A stretch of DNA of 64,000 nucleotides, from NCBI GenBank assembly GCA_965645245.1, contig OZ287075.1:434001-498000 (forward strand). The letters are read 5' to 3'. Position numbers and translations under genes: made by a program. Positions 47,589-60,307 of this stretch are shown in pieces; position 1 is the stretch's first letter; the number at the start of each line of letters is the position of its first letter. The notes under the pieces are model-generated. The model saw only the letters and a program-made list of their open reading frames with translations. It did not search any database and had not been told where the DNA came from. This DNA comes from Massalongia carnosa (taxonomy: Eukaryota).

Positions 47589-49640
47589 CTAACTACATCT
47601 AATACCAAGCAAACAGAACACACTCTGAGAATCATTTCCCATTTCATAGGTACGTAGAGCGCTCCTCATTCGTATATAATTCTGCTTCGTTTTATCCATT
47701 TCTCGAATGATGACATCTTCAAACGATAGCTTCTGATTTCTATGAATTAATAACCAAATATTCAAGCTCAACAGTCTGACCCTTGAGAATTGTCTCACGT
47801 TATTGCATTCCCAATTTGAGTAGTTAAACATTCTTCATGCTTACAAGACGTTGCAAAGCTAGGCAGGTACTCCCTGTTTGCGGCTTACGGCGCTTGAGAG
47901 TCGGACTTCAGCGAGGTCTCTTTCAACTGACTCATCAGATCCGCTAGATGCCGTCATGTGGTCTTGTCAAAGTATGTTGTATTTCGAGCTCGATACGATC
48001 TGCGACACCACTTACAACCGAGAGATCGTATTTGGTCACTGATCATGTCTCAATATTACCTTTGCGGCATTGGTGATTTGCAACGATAGTGCTTCTTGCA
48101 ATCAAATCCCACTGCTCATCTAGCATGAGGCTAGCCAAACGTTGGAAAAGAGTCACCGGAAGATTATCAACCACCCTTCTCCAGTGACACTTGACGCCCT
48201 AACATAGGTGTAATATGTCGGATTGCTTTTCAGCACTCTAGCACGTCATCTGACATTTTCTAAGTCTAGCTACTCTTCACTTGGTCAATGTCGCTATAGG
48301 GGGTTTTAAAGTGACTATCGAACATTCTCGAAGTGGACTAAAGTGGACTAGGCTTTAATGAAACAAGAAGGCGAAACTCTCTTCAAGTATGCTCCAATGA
48401 TGGTTTGCTAGGCTGTCTATTGGCAATTCATTGAATTCTCGATTACTTAAGTGTATATGCTTCTCCTACAAGTTTAACATTTCTTCCATAAATGGAGTCA
48501 AAGTCTGAATGTTGTGCCGAATTATTGCAAGTTATTTGATAATGTTTGCTTTATTTGATAGATGATAGTATGCTACTAACATTCATACACCTTAAAACCT
48601 TGAAAATTTCCAAGTATCGCCTGTCACGGTAGATTTAGTAGAGATCAGTGTCATGACTAGCTTATTTCCTCACTTTATCATCTCTGCAGGTATTGATTGA
48701 GAGTTATATGTAGCTCCCTCGATCTGTGTTGTCTAAGCTCATAAAATTTCTCATTTATATATTCACAGTACAACGTTTCACTGTCACCTTCCGTATAACT
48801 TCCTAAAACGCCTCCCGTGATATGGCTAAAAAGGGGCCTTACTCGGCGACTATAAATGCTTTTCTTCCAATGATCTAATGGTAATGTTTTGTGAACTTTG
48901 AGTCTGTTGCGTGCTTCAACACCCTTTTCTTTTAAGGCTTCGGTCTTGGCTGTTACAAATCAGCAAAATACATTATTCTAATGCTTCGCGAGCTTTTTCT
49001 TCGCAAGACCCGGTGTAATAATTGGGTGGTGACATCGATTGACCTTCAAATGCTTACCTGATTGGTTACTTGTCTATGATGTCTGTATCGGATGGTATAC
49101 TTTAACGACATATTTCGCCTCGTTTTAGGTTGTCAGGGCGTGTGGGCTTCATGGCTGATGCTTCCCACGACTCACCAGTCGCTCTTTTTCCAACAACTGT
49201 AGGGCAAACTCTCTGTGTGTCCCGGAGTGGTCTGACCTGTCATGCGGTTGAATTTACGAGAAGACCACTATGTTTAGCACCTTCGTATTGTGCCTTGTTC
49301 AGCGAGATTACGCCCCACCTGTCGAAGCATCATGGAATCTTCTCCACGACCAGCACCAATCACGCAAATGGTGGCATTCGGGGTACGCCCCACAGATCCG
49401 AGCAATGCCTCAATAGCACATTAGCGAAGGTTCGCTGAATTAACCAGGGAGTATTAGTTTGGATTCATCTAGAACATTTGAATCCACCAACCAATGTTCT
49501 ACCACATCCTTTCCAACTTGACAGGGTCCGCACCATTCAGTCAGCGCTAGGAACCGCAAGTGCACGGTGGATGCAGGCAAGGCTTGTTCGACGCCACGAG
49601 TGTGGTTACATGACGCTAGCGTAGATGCGATGCGCTGCAA
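47589..49640 (-). pseudogene. Probable decayed intron-rich gene, family unknown
   Basis: Minus-strand donors and acceptors (CTG|GTGAGT near 49175, CAG|GTAAGC near 49057, GCTGAT...TAACAG near 48950) bound protein-like frames. One open stretch is about 90 codons. Stops and frameshifts prevent a full model. Confidence 0.35.
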
Positions 49641-50395
49641 CCTGATGGCAAAACCTCCGGGCGTTTTGTTTTAGTTGCATGCCCCAGTGGGCTAACCACC
49701 ATATGGTATTCTTTTCGTACAGAGTACTCCTTAGGGAAAATTTTCGTACTTATTGAAGCTCCTATGCAAGAAAGGAGGAGCAAATCTGCCACCTGCCAGC
49801 TTGATGTCTGACAGATTTCGTATCATGCCGTGTGCCAGCCAGGTGCAGGGTTCTCTCGAATCAGTTTGTATTTAGCGGCTCGCTCGACTTTACTTTAAGA
49901 GGTCCAACGGCTGACAATGGGGGCGGCCAGCTCTAATAAGCACACTAAAGCTCAACGTCGGCATGGATCGCTGGATCGCTGGATGCTACGGGACATCCGA
50001 AAGCTTAGCCTGTGGCCTCGACTGAGTACGAGGTCGTCCATTAATCAAAACGTCACATAGTTATATTCATCTTAACATGAACCGGCTTATTCTCCGCATC
50101 GAGAAATCCCATCTCATCCATCTCATCCATCAGCGTTCCTCACATGTTCCTCATATGTTCCTTACATTCCTTAAGCTTACGAGTCCGGCCCCTGCTTTCC
50201 GTTGACCGGCTTCTTCCCAACAAACAACTCGTTAAGGAGACGACGCTTTTTTGCTAGCATATAAAGCACAGAGCTATCCGGTTTAATGAGTTACAGCATC
50301 GACTTCTCGAAACATCTTCATCAGCAAATCAATTGATCAAGAAAATCCATCATCGTCATTGTGAACCCCTCGTTACGGAACAAATCCAGCCAATT

Positions 50396-50947
50396 ATGAA
50401 GTTCTCCATCACCCTAGTCGGCCTCGCCGTCCTCGCTGCATCATCGTTCGTATCCTCTTCATCCCACCGATCCTCTTGCATCACCAATCCAGCTAACTCC
50501 GCTTCACTCTCAGCGCCAACCCTCTCGCCCCTCCAGCGTCAACCTGCACCACCACCCTTCTCACAGTCCGCCCATTCGACTTTAGCCGTACCACCACTAT
50601 CTACGGTGAGACCGTGACTGCCGTTTCACAGGTCGAATGCGACGGTTGTGCCCTTTTCGTTGGGCAGCGCTTCTTGGGTCATGGTCCTGTACGTTTCCCC
50701 GCGCATCTCTTTCCCACTATGATTCCTTTGTTTTCTACCTTGACTTTCTTGCTTCCAAACGCATCTTCCCTACATATATACCCTCTTGTACCCTGCCAGA
50801 ATTCTCTTTACATCAAACCTCCCCCCCCCTCAAAAGCCTATTAATCTAATTCTATTGATCTAGGTTCGTCTGCCACCTACAGCAACAGCCACCGTTAACC
50901 AGACCACCACCACTACCTTCATCTGCTCGCCTACCCCCAAACCTTAG
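50396..50947 (+). CDS. Small secreted Thr-rich protein with 4 Cys, about 100 aa (3 exons)
   Basis: MKFSITLVGLAVLAASS ANPLAPPASTCTTT...VECDGCAL...GHGP VRLPP...TTTFICSPTPKP*. Both introns have CTAAC/CTAAT branch points. Confidence 0.85.
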
Positions 50948-53034
50948 GCGTAAAGGGTTACAGGTGAAACTCGCGAGAAAATCCTTGGCGCAATATCTTC
51001 TTCTCTGCTGGCTTGGCTAGCTCTCCACTAGCCAAACCATGCACACGTTCGTTTGTTCGTTTGTTCGTTCGTTCGTTCATTCGAAATTGTAAAATATAAT
51101 TCAAAAAACCTATTAGACATCGATAAGGATAGCAATACGAAGCATGCGCACAAAACCCAAGCTCGGCGCTGTCTTTTCCCAAAGGCGAAATCATGTACCA
51201 TCCTCACCGTTTAACATCCTGTACGCTTTTATTCACGAACACAATAGCAAAAGTACATCTTACCAAAGCAAACTCTGCCCGTCAGGGCTGGCTCTCTTCT
51301 TTTGATTCCTCTATCACTTGTTGGTTTAAAATTAACGCCGGGCCGGCGTTTTTACTACGGTAGAAATCCCAATAATCTATACATTACCCACCGGTTTCCC
51401 TCTCGAATCGCAGAGGCATCCAAACACAAACCATATTTTGAAAAATCCCCTCGAAAAACCCGTTACACGTAAATCTCAGTATTCCCCCGCCCCCCCCCCC
51501 ATCGCGCACCGAGCAGGCCCAAGGCAGAGATTCTCCCTCCGCAAACCCGAGAAATGTAAAAGGTAGACTCCGTATACTTGTTTTGTTGACTGGTGGCTAG
51601 CATACAACAGCGCTAAAACGCGGGGTGTTGGGATGGGTTGGGATGGGTTGGGTGTCGTCTCCCCTTGTCCTTTTCTTTTTTTTCTTTTTTTTTTCTTTCC
51701 TTACCCCTCCGTCTTGCTGTTTTGGGTCCCAGATATTTGGTGCGCTTAGATACATATACAGTCTCTCGCTCTTCCCTCTTAACAGAAGACCTTCCTTTCT
51801 TCCCTTTCCTTCCCTTTCCGGCTTCCGATCCCCTGCAACATAAGGTGATGTTGGGAGGAGGAGAGGGAGCAGGGGGGGAAAGAAAATGAAATAAACTTTT
51901 TTTGGAAGTAACTAAGAACCGGGGGGAAAAAGGAAATGAAAGGGGGAAGTTTAGTTCATGCTTGTGTATGTTGCCTTCTCAGTGAAATTTTGGGTTTAGG
52001 TACGAGTACTTTGTTATCTACCTAACCCCCTTGAAATTGCTTGGAAACTGTATTTTCGTATTAGGGGGGGGTGTTGATTTCGTTTGGATTGGATTGGAGA
52101 GGTAAGGATGAGGATATTGGGAATGAATGAGGGATGGTAGAATTTTGAGAGGATTTTTTTTTAATACAAAAAAAGGAGAAAAAAAACACAGCGTCATCAT
52201 CTTGATAGAAACTCGATGTGTCAATACCATGGTTACGTCTTCGGTATAGTATATCTATAGTATGTTCCTGTCTTCCATATGATGTCATTTACAGGTTTGG
52301 GCGTGAGTTGTCATTCCCGATATACAAGCTGCAACGATCATAACGCCCTGTAAACTCCATTAAATCATCAGCAGAGGAGAATTCATCAAAAAAGAGAAAA
52401 CGGGAGAGAATGAATCGTGCAGGTTCGTCCTATATCGCCCACGAACTGGCTTTGCAGTTCTGTTTCGAGCAACTGAATCCGTTTCCTCGTCTAAATTCTG
52501 CAAAGATACGACTACAACTCGACCCTTATTTGTGCCTAGCTGATACCATAAAGTTCTGGATCTGAGATCTGATTAGGGTCCAGCCCTCGCGGGAACTAAC
52601 TAGTGAAGTGAACCCACCTGGTCTACGGAATACTGCCGAGTAGGGCTTCCAAGGAGCCAAGTGTGCTGTCGGTCATACCTGTTGTCCTTGGAAGAGCATA
52701 GGAGTAAAAGACAACGTCTTGTTTCGCTGAGTAAACGAGATAAAGACCCAATCCCCGCTGCCTCTTACGTTGTTAAACACCGAAGAAGCAACCCGGGTTG
52801 TCACAAAGCGGAGACCCCCATTCCCCGCACCACCCGCTTGACTAGCCTGATTGACGCCCCTTGTTTGCCCCGTAGCCTGCCTTGGGTAAGAAAAGCTTCT
52901 TGGCTGGGCACCTTGTGAAGGCGCAAAACGATTCCCCCGACGCACTACAAGGTATCCCATTGATGATCGTCGTATCCTCGATTTCCGATCAGGTTCCCTT
53001 AGTCGCTCCGGACTCGTTGAGACACTCGTCGGCG

Positions 53035-53919
53035 ATGCCTTCCGCCCCTCCCCCCCGGCACCTCGACACCATCCACCTGCGCAATTTGCAACTCTCCGCC
53101 GTGATTGGCCCGGACGCCTGGAATCGGCCCGATAAGCTCCAACCGATCGTCTTGTCCCTGCAGTTGCAGATCGACACCACCTCTGCCCCCAACACCGACG
53201 ATATCAAAAACACCTTCAGCTACGGGCAAATCTGCAAAGATGTCACCGCCAAGCTGGATGGCAAGACCTTCGTGAGCATCGATCATCTGACCTCGGACCT
53301 TGCCGGCCTGGCGGACAATTGGCCTGGCGAGACGTTGAAGTTGCAAGCCTTGGCCCCCAAAGGTATGCTCCGGGTGGAAGGAGGCTTTGGCCGGGAATTC
53401 CTCCTGGGCCGAGTCGAGACCAAGACGCATGGCTGGAAGACGCTGAATTGGCACGTGGGAAAGCACGAGTGGGTGGTCAAGGGCTTGAAACTCGCTTGCA
53501 TCATTGGCGTGAACCCCCACGAAAGGCTGGAGAAGCAAAACCTAAGCGTGGATCTGCGCCTCCTGGGTGAAGACGAGGTTGCCGACTACACGCTTCAAAG
53601 CCAGGGCGGATTCGATACATGGCGACGGTTACTAAAGCGGATTTGCGAGGTGAGCCCTTTTCCTTCACCGGTTCCAAGCACGGTTGCTAATGCATCGGTC
53701 CAGGTGGTGGAAGCTTCGAACTTCGAGACCTTGGAGGCGTTGGCAACCCTCATTGCCAAAACCGCTCTCGAGGGGTTCCCCATTCCCCAAGTAACGGTGT
53801 ACGTGGAAAAGCCTAGCGCCTTGACGTTTGTCGATGGCGCAGGGGTGGAAATTATTCGCGATAGACGATGGATGCGGAACTTGAGGACCGAATACAACCT
53901 GCTCAACCAGCTAGCCTGA
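53035..53919 (+). CDS. Dihydroneopterin aldolase (tandem FolB-like domains)
   Basis: DTIHLRNL...IGPDAW...QP...SYGQICK, then ACIIGVNPHERLEKQ...FETLEALA...VEKPSAL...GVEIIR. In-frame 54-nt intron at 53650-53703. Confidence 0.9.
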   Translation: MPSAPPPRHLDTIHLRNLQLSAVIGPDAWNRPDKLQPIVLSLQLQIDTTSAPNTDDIKNTFSYGQICKDVTAKLDGKTFVSIDHLTSDLAGLADNWPGETLKLQALAPKGMLRVEGGFGREFLLGRVETKTHGWKTLNWHVGKHEWVVKGLKLACIIGVNPHERLEKQNLSVDLRLLGEDEVADYTLQSQGGFDTWRRLLKRICEVSPFPSPVPSTVANASVQVVEASNFETLEALATLIAKTALEGFPIPQVTVYVEKPSALTFVDGAGVEIIRDRRWMRNLRTEYNLLNQLA

Positions 53920-54973
53920 ACCCGATCCATGGCTTGGACTATGCTCCCTTTCACCACGAGATTGCCGCCAATTTGGATGTGCAGTAGATCCCACCTCACC
54001 CCCAAACCCATAACCTCCATCCTCCCAATCCATTCATATATACTACCAGGTAGTTACCAGATATTCCGTCACAGTTATCAGTCCCACCTTGCTCATCATC
54101 CCCCGTGAAATATCAACAATCGTCACGTACGGATCCGTGGGTATGAGAAAATGGGGGGGGGAGGACGAAGACGTAGGCAGAGACCTGACAAATGGACATG
54201 GAGATGGATGTCATGGCGAGAAAGGGCGAAAGGGGAAGGACGGATGGAGGGAAGATGGGATCATGCAAATGCAATAACCTGTTTCAAAAATTTGCACCTC
54301 CGTTTTCCATCCAACTTGCATCAATTACCTATCCCTTCCTTCGTACGCGCACCACTTACCCCTCCTCCCACGAAAAAACACAAAAACATCATATTTGACC
54401 GCTCACGGTTTAGCAGGAATTCGTTAGTGTAATACCTAAATCAAATCTGGCTCGCTTTTTATGTCACAAGGGAGAAAAGAGACGCCAGGACCGATTTAAA
54501 CAACTTTGTTGGTCACTTCGCCCGCTCCTCCACTTCGACTCGTGCGTGGGTTAAACATAATAGAGAGTTTAGCTGTCTGCACCTGGTATAGTGGTAGCTG
54601 GTTCGACGTAGATTCTACGTGGTGTACGTGGTCTGAAAAGCACTGGTAAATATCGGCGTGCACGTATCTCAGTTCCCAGTCGAAATTCCCAATTTTCCCA
54701 GATCCTACAATCCAGAAGCATGAGAAACACCTTCCTCCTCCATGAGAGGAGTTCCGAAGTCGCTTTACAGGGCAGCATTAAAAGGGAATCCAGGGTCTCT
54801 GAAGCTAGTTAGCAGAGCACACAACTCGTTACCTTCCAGAACCAGTCGCGAGTCGACGAATAGGAAAGAAGCCCGGTTTTGGAGCGTTGTTCTATCATCA
54901 TAAGCCAATCAAGCTCCCCGACAAGCGAAAACGCAGGAAAGGAAACCCCGACGAGGCAAAGGAGAAGAGAAAA

Positions 54974-56718
54974 TCACCAGTAACGTGGGTACCCATAACC
55001 TCTCGGTAGAGGAGGGGACCTTGCCCGACGCTGATACCCGTTCGTGGGGTACGGATCTTCATAATGACGTGGGCCTGGATAGGGGTCACGGCTGTACGCG
55101 GGATATCCGTTAATCGGAGGGCCACGCGCCTCCTCGCGAGGAGGGGAGCGGTAGCTGGCACGATGAAAGTCGTCATCGTAGCTGTAATGACGATTTGGAC
55201 CAGGGGAGCGACGACGATAACTAGGGTCACGACGTGGACTATACTGACGGGGAGGGGGATCACGACGATTGTAGTAACCGCTGCCTTGCTCTGGAGAATA
55301 ACCTCCGCGACGAAGTGGTGAACGAGAACGGTAGCGACCGTTACGGGGAATTTCGGCTTGGGTCTAGCTCCCATTAGTTAAGCCCAGAGTTTGGCTTTCT
55401 GGAAAAACAAACATCAGCTATGCAGCGAACGTTGGACCCCTTGAACTCTTGGTTGTCCAGTTTCTCAACAGCAATCTTAAGATCGGCCGCAGTCTCAAAT
55501 TCAACGAATCTGCCACAACATTAGTCAGGTAATTTCAGCCTGGACAGATAAGGCCTACCCTTTGCCATCGCGGTCACGGCCAACCTCGGAGTAGACCACA
55601 TCGAGACCGGAACGGCGGGCAAAATCTTTCAAGTCCTATGGCCTTAAGTAAGTCCCAGTCCGGTCCTGAGATACGTTTCCGTGTAGCCCAGTATTCGTTT
55701 AAAAAAATGTGACCATCAGATCTGCCAGCCAGAACTCGGCAGATCCTAATGTACTTGGAGATCGCTGGGTAAAGGAGTCCTGAAACAAGAACAAAGTGAA
55801 CGGCCAAAGGCAAGCCATAGAGGCGCAGCCTGGCCATGGGTAGAGCTACAACAGCCCTTGCAGGCCAGGGATATGCAACAAAATAAATGGCCACCACTAT
55901 AGCAGAGGGGCCTGAAGGAACAGACCCAGGTGTACAGCTAGGAACGGTGACGGTAGAGACAATTTCCAGAACTAAAGGATGGAAAGAGGCAGATCCAAAC
56001 AAAAGCGTCCCAAGATCCGAGCACCAGAAACAAGAGTGTGGAAGGAGAGCTAACCTGCCAGCTGGTTTCTCCTGGAAGCCCAGTGATCTGCATACGATAC
56101 GCAGTTCGTCTTGGACGTGGATGGGGACGTTCAGGCGCGGAGAAATTATCGGGTCGCCGAGAGCCACGAGCGAATTGGACAGTCAGACGAGACCCGGAAA
56201 GATCCGAACCATCTCCTCGCCGCAATAGGATTAGTAGGGTATGCTGAGGTTGTGGCTTCCAGGAATTCACGTACGGAAGGCTAGTATAGGTTAAAGAGGA
56301 AACATACTTTGGCGGAACAACAACATACCAGGAACCACGTCTCTCGCGTCCATGGCATCATCATATTCGATAAAGCCAAAGCCATTCATCAGCTTTACTT
56401 CCGTAATGTTGCCAGTGCCCTCTTTGAAATGGGCCAGGATCTCTTCCTTAGTGACTGTAGCAAGGAGATTCGATAGTCAGCAGCGATCCGGATCATGCGC
56501 AGTGGATACGACGGAGAATTTCCCAAGATCCGGGCGAAATCATGATCGCGATCCCTTGGTTTGCGACAAGGCCTCGAGACACCAGAAGCTTTCACGTCGC
56601 CTCCTCAACCCAAGGCATAGCATCCTGGGCACACAAAAGATCATGGATAATAAACTTGCGTACCTTCACGAGGAAGATTGCCTAGGTAGAGGCGGGTTGA
56701 AGATACTGGTTCAGACAT
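54974..56718 (-). CDS. Two-RRM SR-family splicing factor (Srp2/SRSF4-5-6-like)
   Basis: RRM1 RLYLGNL...GFGFIEY, pseudo-RRM2 signature SWQDLKDF, and an R/D/G/P-rich tail ending ...GYPRYW*. Six introns, including a 6-nt exon at 56275-56280. Confidence 0.93.
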
Positions 56719-57395
56719 GTTGGGTAGATAGGCCCAAGATGGAATGTGGCGATCGGGGAGATGTGACACAAATAGGTCCAGGAAAATCAACAATAGTGGT
56801 AACTTTAGAAACCCGAAAGGCCACGGAAAGTCCGAGAATAGCTGATGATAGAGCGAAGATGGAACCGTTTTCCAGGTGTATCCTACCTGGAGATGATGGA
56901 AAATTCCAAAGTCAAGATGTGAAGGATGGAAGATGGAAGGGTGGAGGTTAGTAACTAGATCATGATGGTGGAGGATAGTAGAGGGCTGAAGAGCAAAAGC
57001 TGTATTTTACGCTAGCGTTAGCTTCGAAATAGGTAACCAGGCTAACCACATTGGGTTTGACATAAACTGGAAACGATAAAGTCGAACCTGGATTCAAAAA
57101 CTAATCTTTAGCCGTGGGACATTCTCCCTGACCTAACACGAATTTAATCACAACATAACAAGAGCATTCGCCATTATAAGATTACTATTGGTGAAAGTCA
57201 AGTATATCAATGGTTCACTATTGGAAGACCATGGCCCTTGGCGCTCGTTATATCTATGTACATTCTGACAGGAACACTTCTTGGCTAATATACAGCAAAG
57301 AAGGCAACATGGGGATGAAGAAGGTGAGAGGGTCATGCGTGACAGCAAAATTCTGCTTGATCGTTACAGCCCACAAGATCAGATCCACCGCAGAT

Positions 57396-58848
57396 TCAGA
57401 ATCCTCCGAGGAGGTCATCGAGCTCCTCAAGCTCAATACTTTCGGGATCCCTGACGTCCCAGCCCGCACCAAACTCACCATCGCCCAAGATTGAAGATGG
57501 GTCCTGCATCTCCACCTCGACAGTTCTTTCTCCTTTAGTCGTTTTTTCCACCAGAAAATGTGAATGCATGGGCTTCAAGATTGGGCTGCCAATAATAGCA
57601 AGGGTGATCTCATGTGGACTCTCGTGATGCCCTCCGAACAACGTTGCTGCGGTTTCTCGATTCCTGGTGGCCTTTTCTTCCTCGCTTTCGTCCAACTGCA
57701 TTTCGGTATCTTCCTCCGCAGGACTCTCGCTTTCTGTCGATTGCCGGATGTTCAGTTCTTCAAAACTCATCCCCCGCATCCGCATGCTACTAGCCGTTTG
57801 GCTGAACTCTCTCTCGTCTCTCTCCAGGGGTGGGCTAGCTGCCCGATGGTTGTGCACAAGGTTGATCCCTCCTGAAGATGAACCATTTGTCCCCTCTCTC
57901 GTCAGACTCGATCGTCCCGAGAATGACCCTGCTGGTGTTGGGGGAGCATTGAGCTCCTCATCCATGCCTGGCGTATCCTCGTCAAGTTCGGGAACTGAAA
58001 GATCGATCTCAGGACTTGGACTCAAGGCATATCGTTTGCGATCTTCGACGCTTTCGCTGTCCTCGTCCATGCTGGCATTACTCAGGCTGGGCGAGATTAT
58101 TCGTTTGCTTCCCTTCCCGCCAGATCCAAATCCATTAACCAGGTGCGATGGCAGTATATCGGAAGAGTCCGCTGGAATATCCTGGCGTGGGAGCGTGGTG
58201 AGATAGTAGAAGACCTTACGCGGGTGGATCGGAATGAGCTCCTTGCCTAGAGGGCAGGGAGATAGAGCACTCCAATCAGGACGGCGCAGGTAGGCTGCCA
58301 GCCGCGAAGACAACAGCGCGGACGGATTGGCAGAACTGGGAATGCAGCAGTCAGTATGTACTCTCATATCACGCGACAATGTGTAAAGCTCCAACCACAT
58401 ACCTTAGTACAGCATCATTGGTCACTGAGAGAACGGTGGCGAGTTCCTTGATCAAATGTGGCCTGTTTCCCGTCTTTTCTAGTTGTTCTATTACGCCAAT
58501 CACAATACCATCTTTGATACCGTCTGTGTCTACCTTCGAGCCGTTGGTAGCTCTAGGAGAAGGCGGTGGTGTGTGATCGTAGGCAGCCCTGCCACTACTT
58601 TTTGGTCGCTCAGCGAACGAGACATTTTTGGTGGATGAACCTGTTGCTGATCGAGGTCGCGATGATAAGATGGGCGACGACAAGTTGGATGAATGCGATC
58701 GTTTTGCCTTTTTGGTTGGTGGTGGTTGGGGTTCTGCAGCAATGGAGGATTTGGCGATGGAAGGGCGGTGAGCTCGGGACCCGTGCGGTAGCTGGATGCC
58801 TAGCGACGGCAAGGAGAGGGATTTGCGACGAGTGTTGTACGGCATCAT
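57396..58848 (-). CDS. GDS1-like winged-helix protein (2 exons)
   Basis: MPYNTRRKSLSLPSLGI, VIEQLEKTGNRPHLIKELA, SANPSALLSSRL..YL, CPLGKELIPIHPRKVFYYLTT and C-terminal PESIELEELDDLLGGF. Confidence 0.8.
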
Positions 58849-60307
58849 GCGATGATGGCAGTGGAATCCACAGGGAGTACGGTGGTGAAGAAGGGAGCCT
58901 TGTGACAAACACGACAGAGATCTTCGTGGTTGTTGCGGCGGTGATGAAGAAAACGTAAGTTTGTTGTTTTGGCAGTGAAAAGGCAAAGAATGCGAGTTGC
59001 GCACGCTGGAGGCAATCCTATTGGCACAGAGGGATGGTAAGGAGGTGCGTTGGAATGCAGGCTGCAGGGTGCAGCAGTGGTTCCTAAGGGGCGAGCGCTG
59101 ATCCGGTCGGGCAAAGGTGTGGGCGATTTGGGCTGATGCAGCGACGGGTTAAATTTCTTTTTCTTTCTGGCCTACACCGTACGTGAGTGGTGACTGGCGT
59201 GGATAAAGTTGGGACGAGCGAGCCAGTGTGCGTGCAGAGATTCTATGCGACTTTGGAGATTCGCTTATGATGATGGTGATTTGGTGCGGGCAGGGGAGGC
59301 ACACGAGGGTTCGTCTCACGGTCTCAGCACCTCTCGGATCACTTTCTGTCACATCTGTCACCGTTTCACCGAGATATTAAGGAGACGATGGACAAAACAC
59401 ACACTTGAAGAAAGGGGAAAGGGAAACGGCAGATTGAATCGCTGACCCGACGAAATGAATGTGGCTTGTAACTACGTAGCAAGGGGGGATGGGGGTGTTT
59501 GTGGATGCGAGTCGATGGGGGTTTGAAGGTGCGAGGAGAGGACGGAAACAAAGGCAAAGGGCAAAAAGGCAAAGGCAGGCAGCGGAAACGCATGGCCTTG
59601 AATGGTAAGGCGCCTTGCCAAGTTTTTCCGTGTGGTCTATCCGTTGTAGGGATAGCCAGTGCATGGCACCATGGCAAACCAGGATGTCCGGCTTTTCTCA
59701 TCCAGAGCTATCGGACTCTTCCCAGTACAGAGAACAGAGTAACTACCTATTTTATTCGAGGCAAAACACTGGTTTGATTGTGCATGACCGCCTTCGTTTT
59801 TCGTCTTTGGGTATGTCTGGTTCGTTTCTTAATGAACGTGAATGTCGTAGCTATCAAACTTGCGAAGACGTTTGTCTGTAATGTGGGGCAAATAAAATAG
59901 CTCAATTAGGAAGGCGCGCTAGACTTCTTGACGGTTAGTACGGGTGGTAGAGTTTGCAGCAACAGGAATCTGGTCACATGTTTGTTGCCTTTTTATTTTC
60001 CCACGCTGGGCTGTAGTAGTAAGTTGAAGTAACTTCAAGAAGCAAGAAGAATTGGGAGGGGGGGACAGCAGCCAATAGAAACAAATCAAAGGAGTTTAGT
60101 TAGGAAATGTTACTGGAATCGCCGCCAATCCCCCCCAAAAGAGAAGACCCCAAGCTAAAATGCTGAGCTAATCAGATCCCTCCAAAGACCCCCAAGCAAA
60201 AAAGTCAGATGGCTAGATTTTTGGGCGGCTTCCCGATACCCCTCCGCCGGCTTCCAGCATGCCTGCCTTCCGTTGTTTCGCTCTAGCGTTGGAAAAAGGG
60301 GAATATT

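Noticed and set aside
51334..51350. Palindrome AACGCCGG-G-CCGGCGTT as a regulatory site
   Set aside because: A single short occurrence downstream of a gene and far from a start codon; not distinguishable from chance.
55574..56951. ORF-track proteins of 197 aa and 199 aa over the SR gene
   Set aside because: They are read-through of introns or antisense frames of the spliced SR gene.
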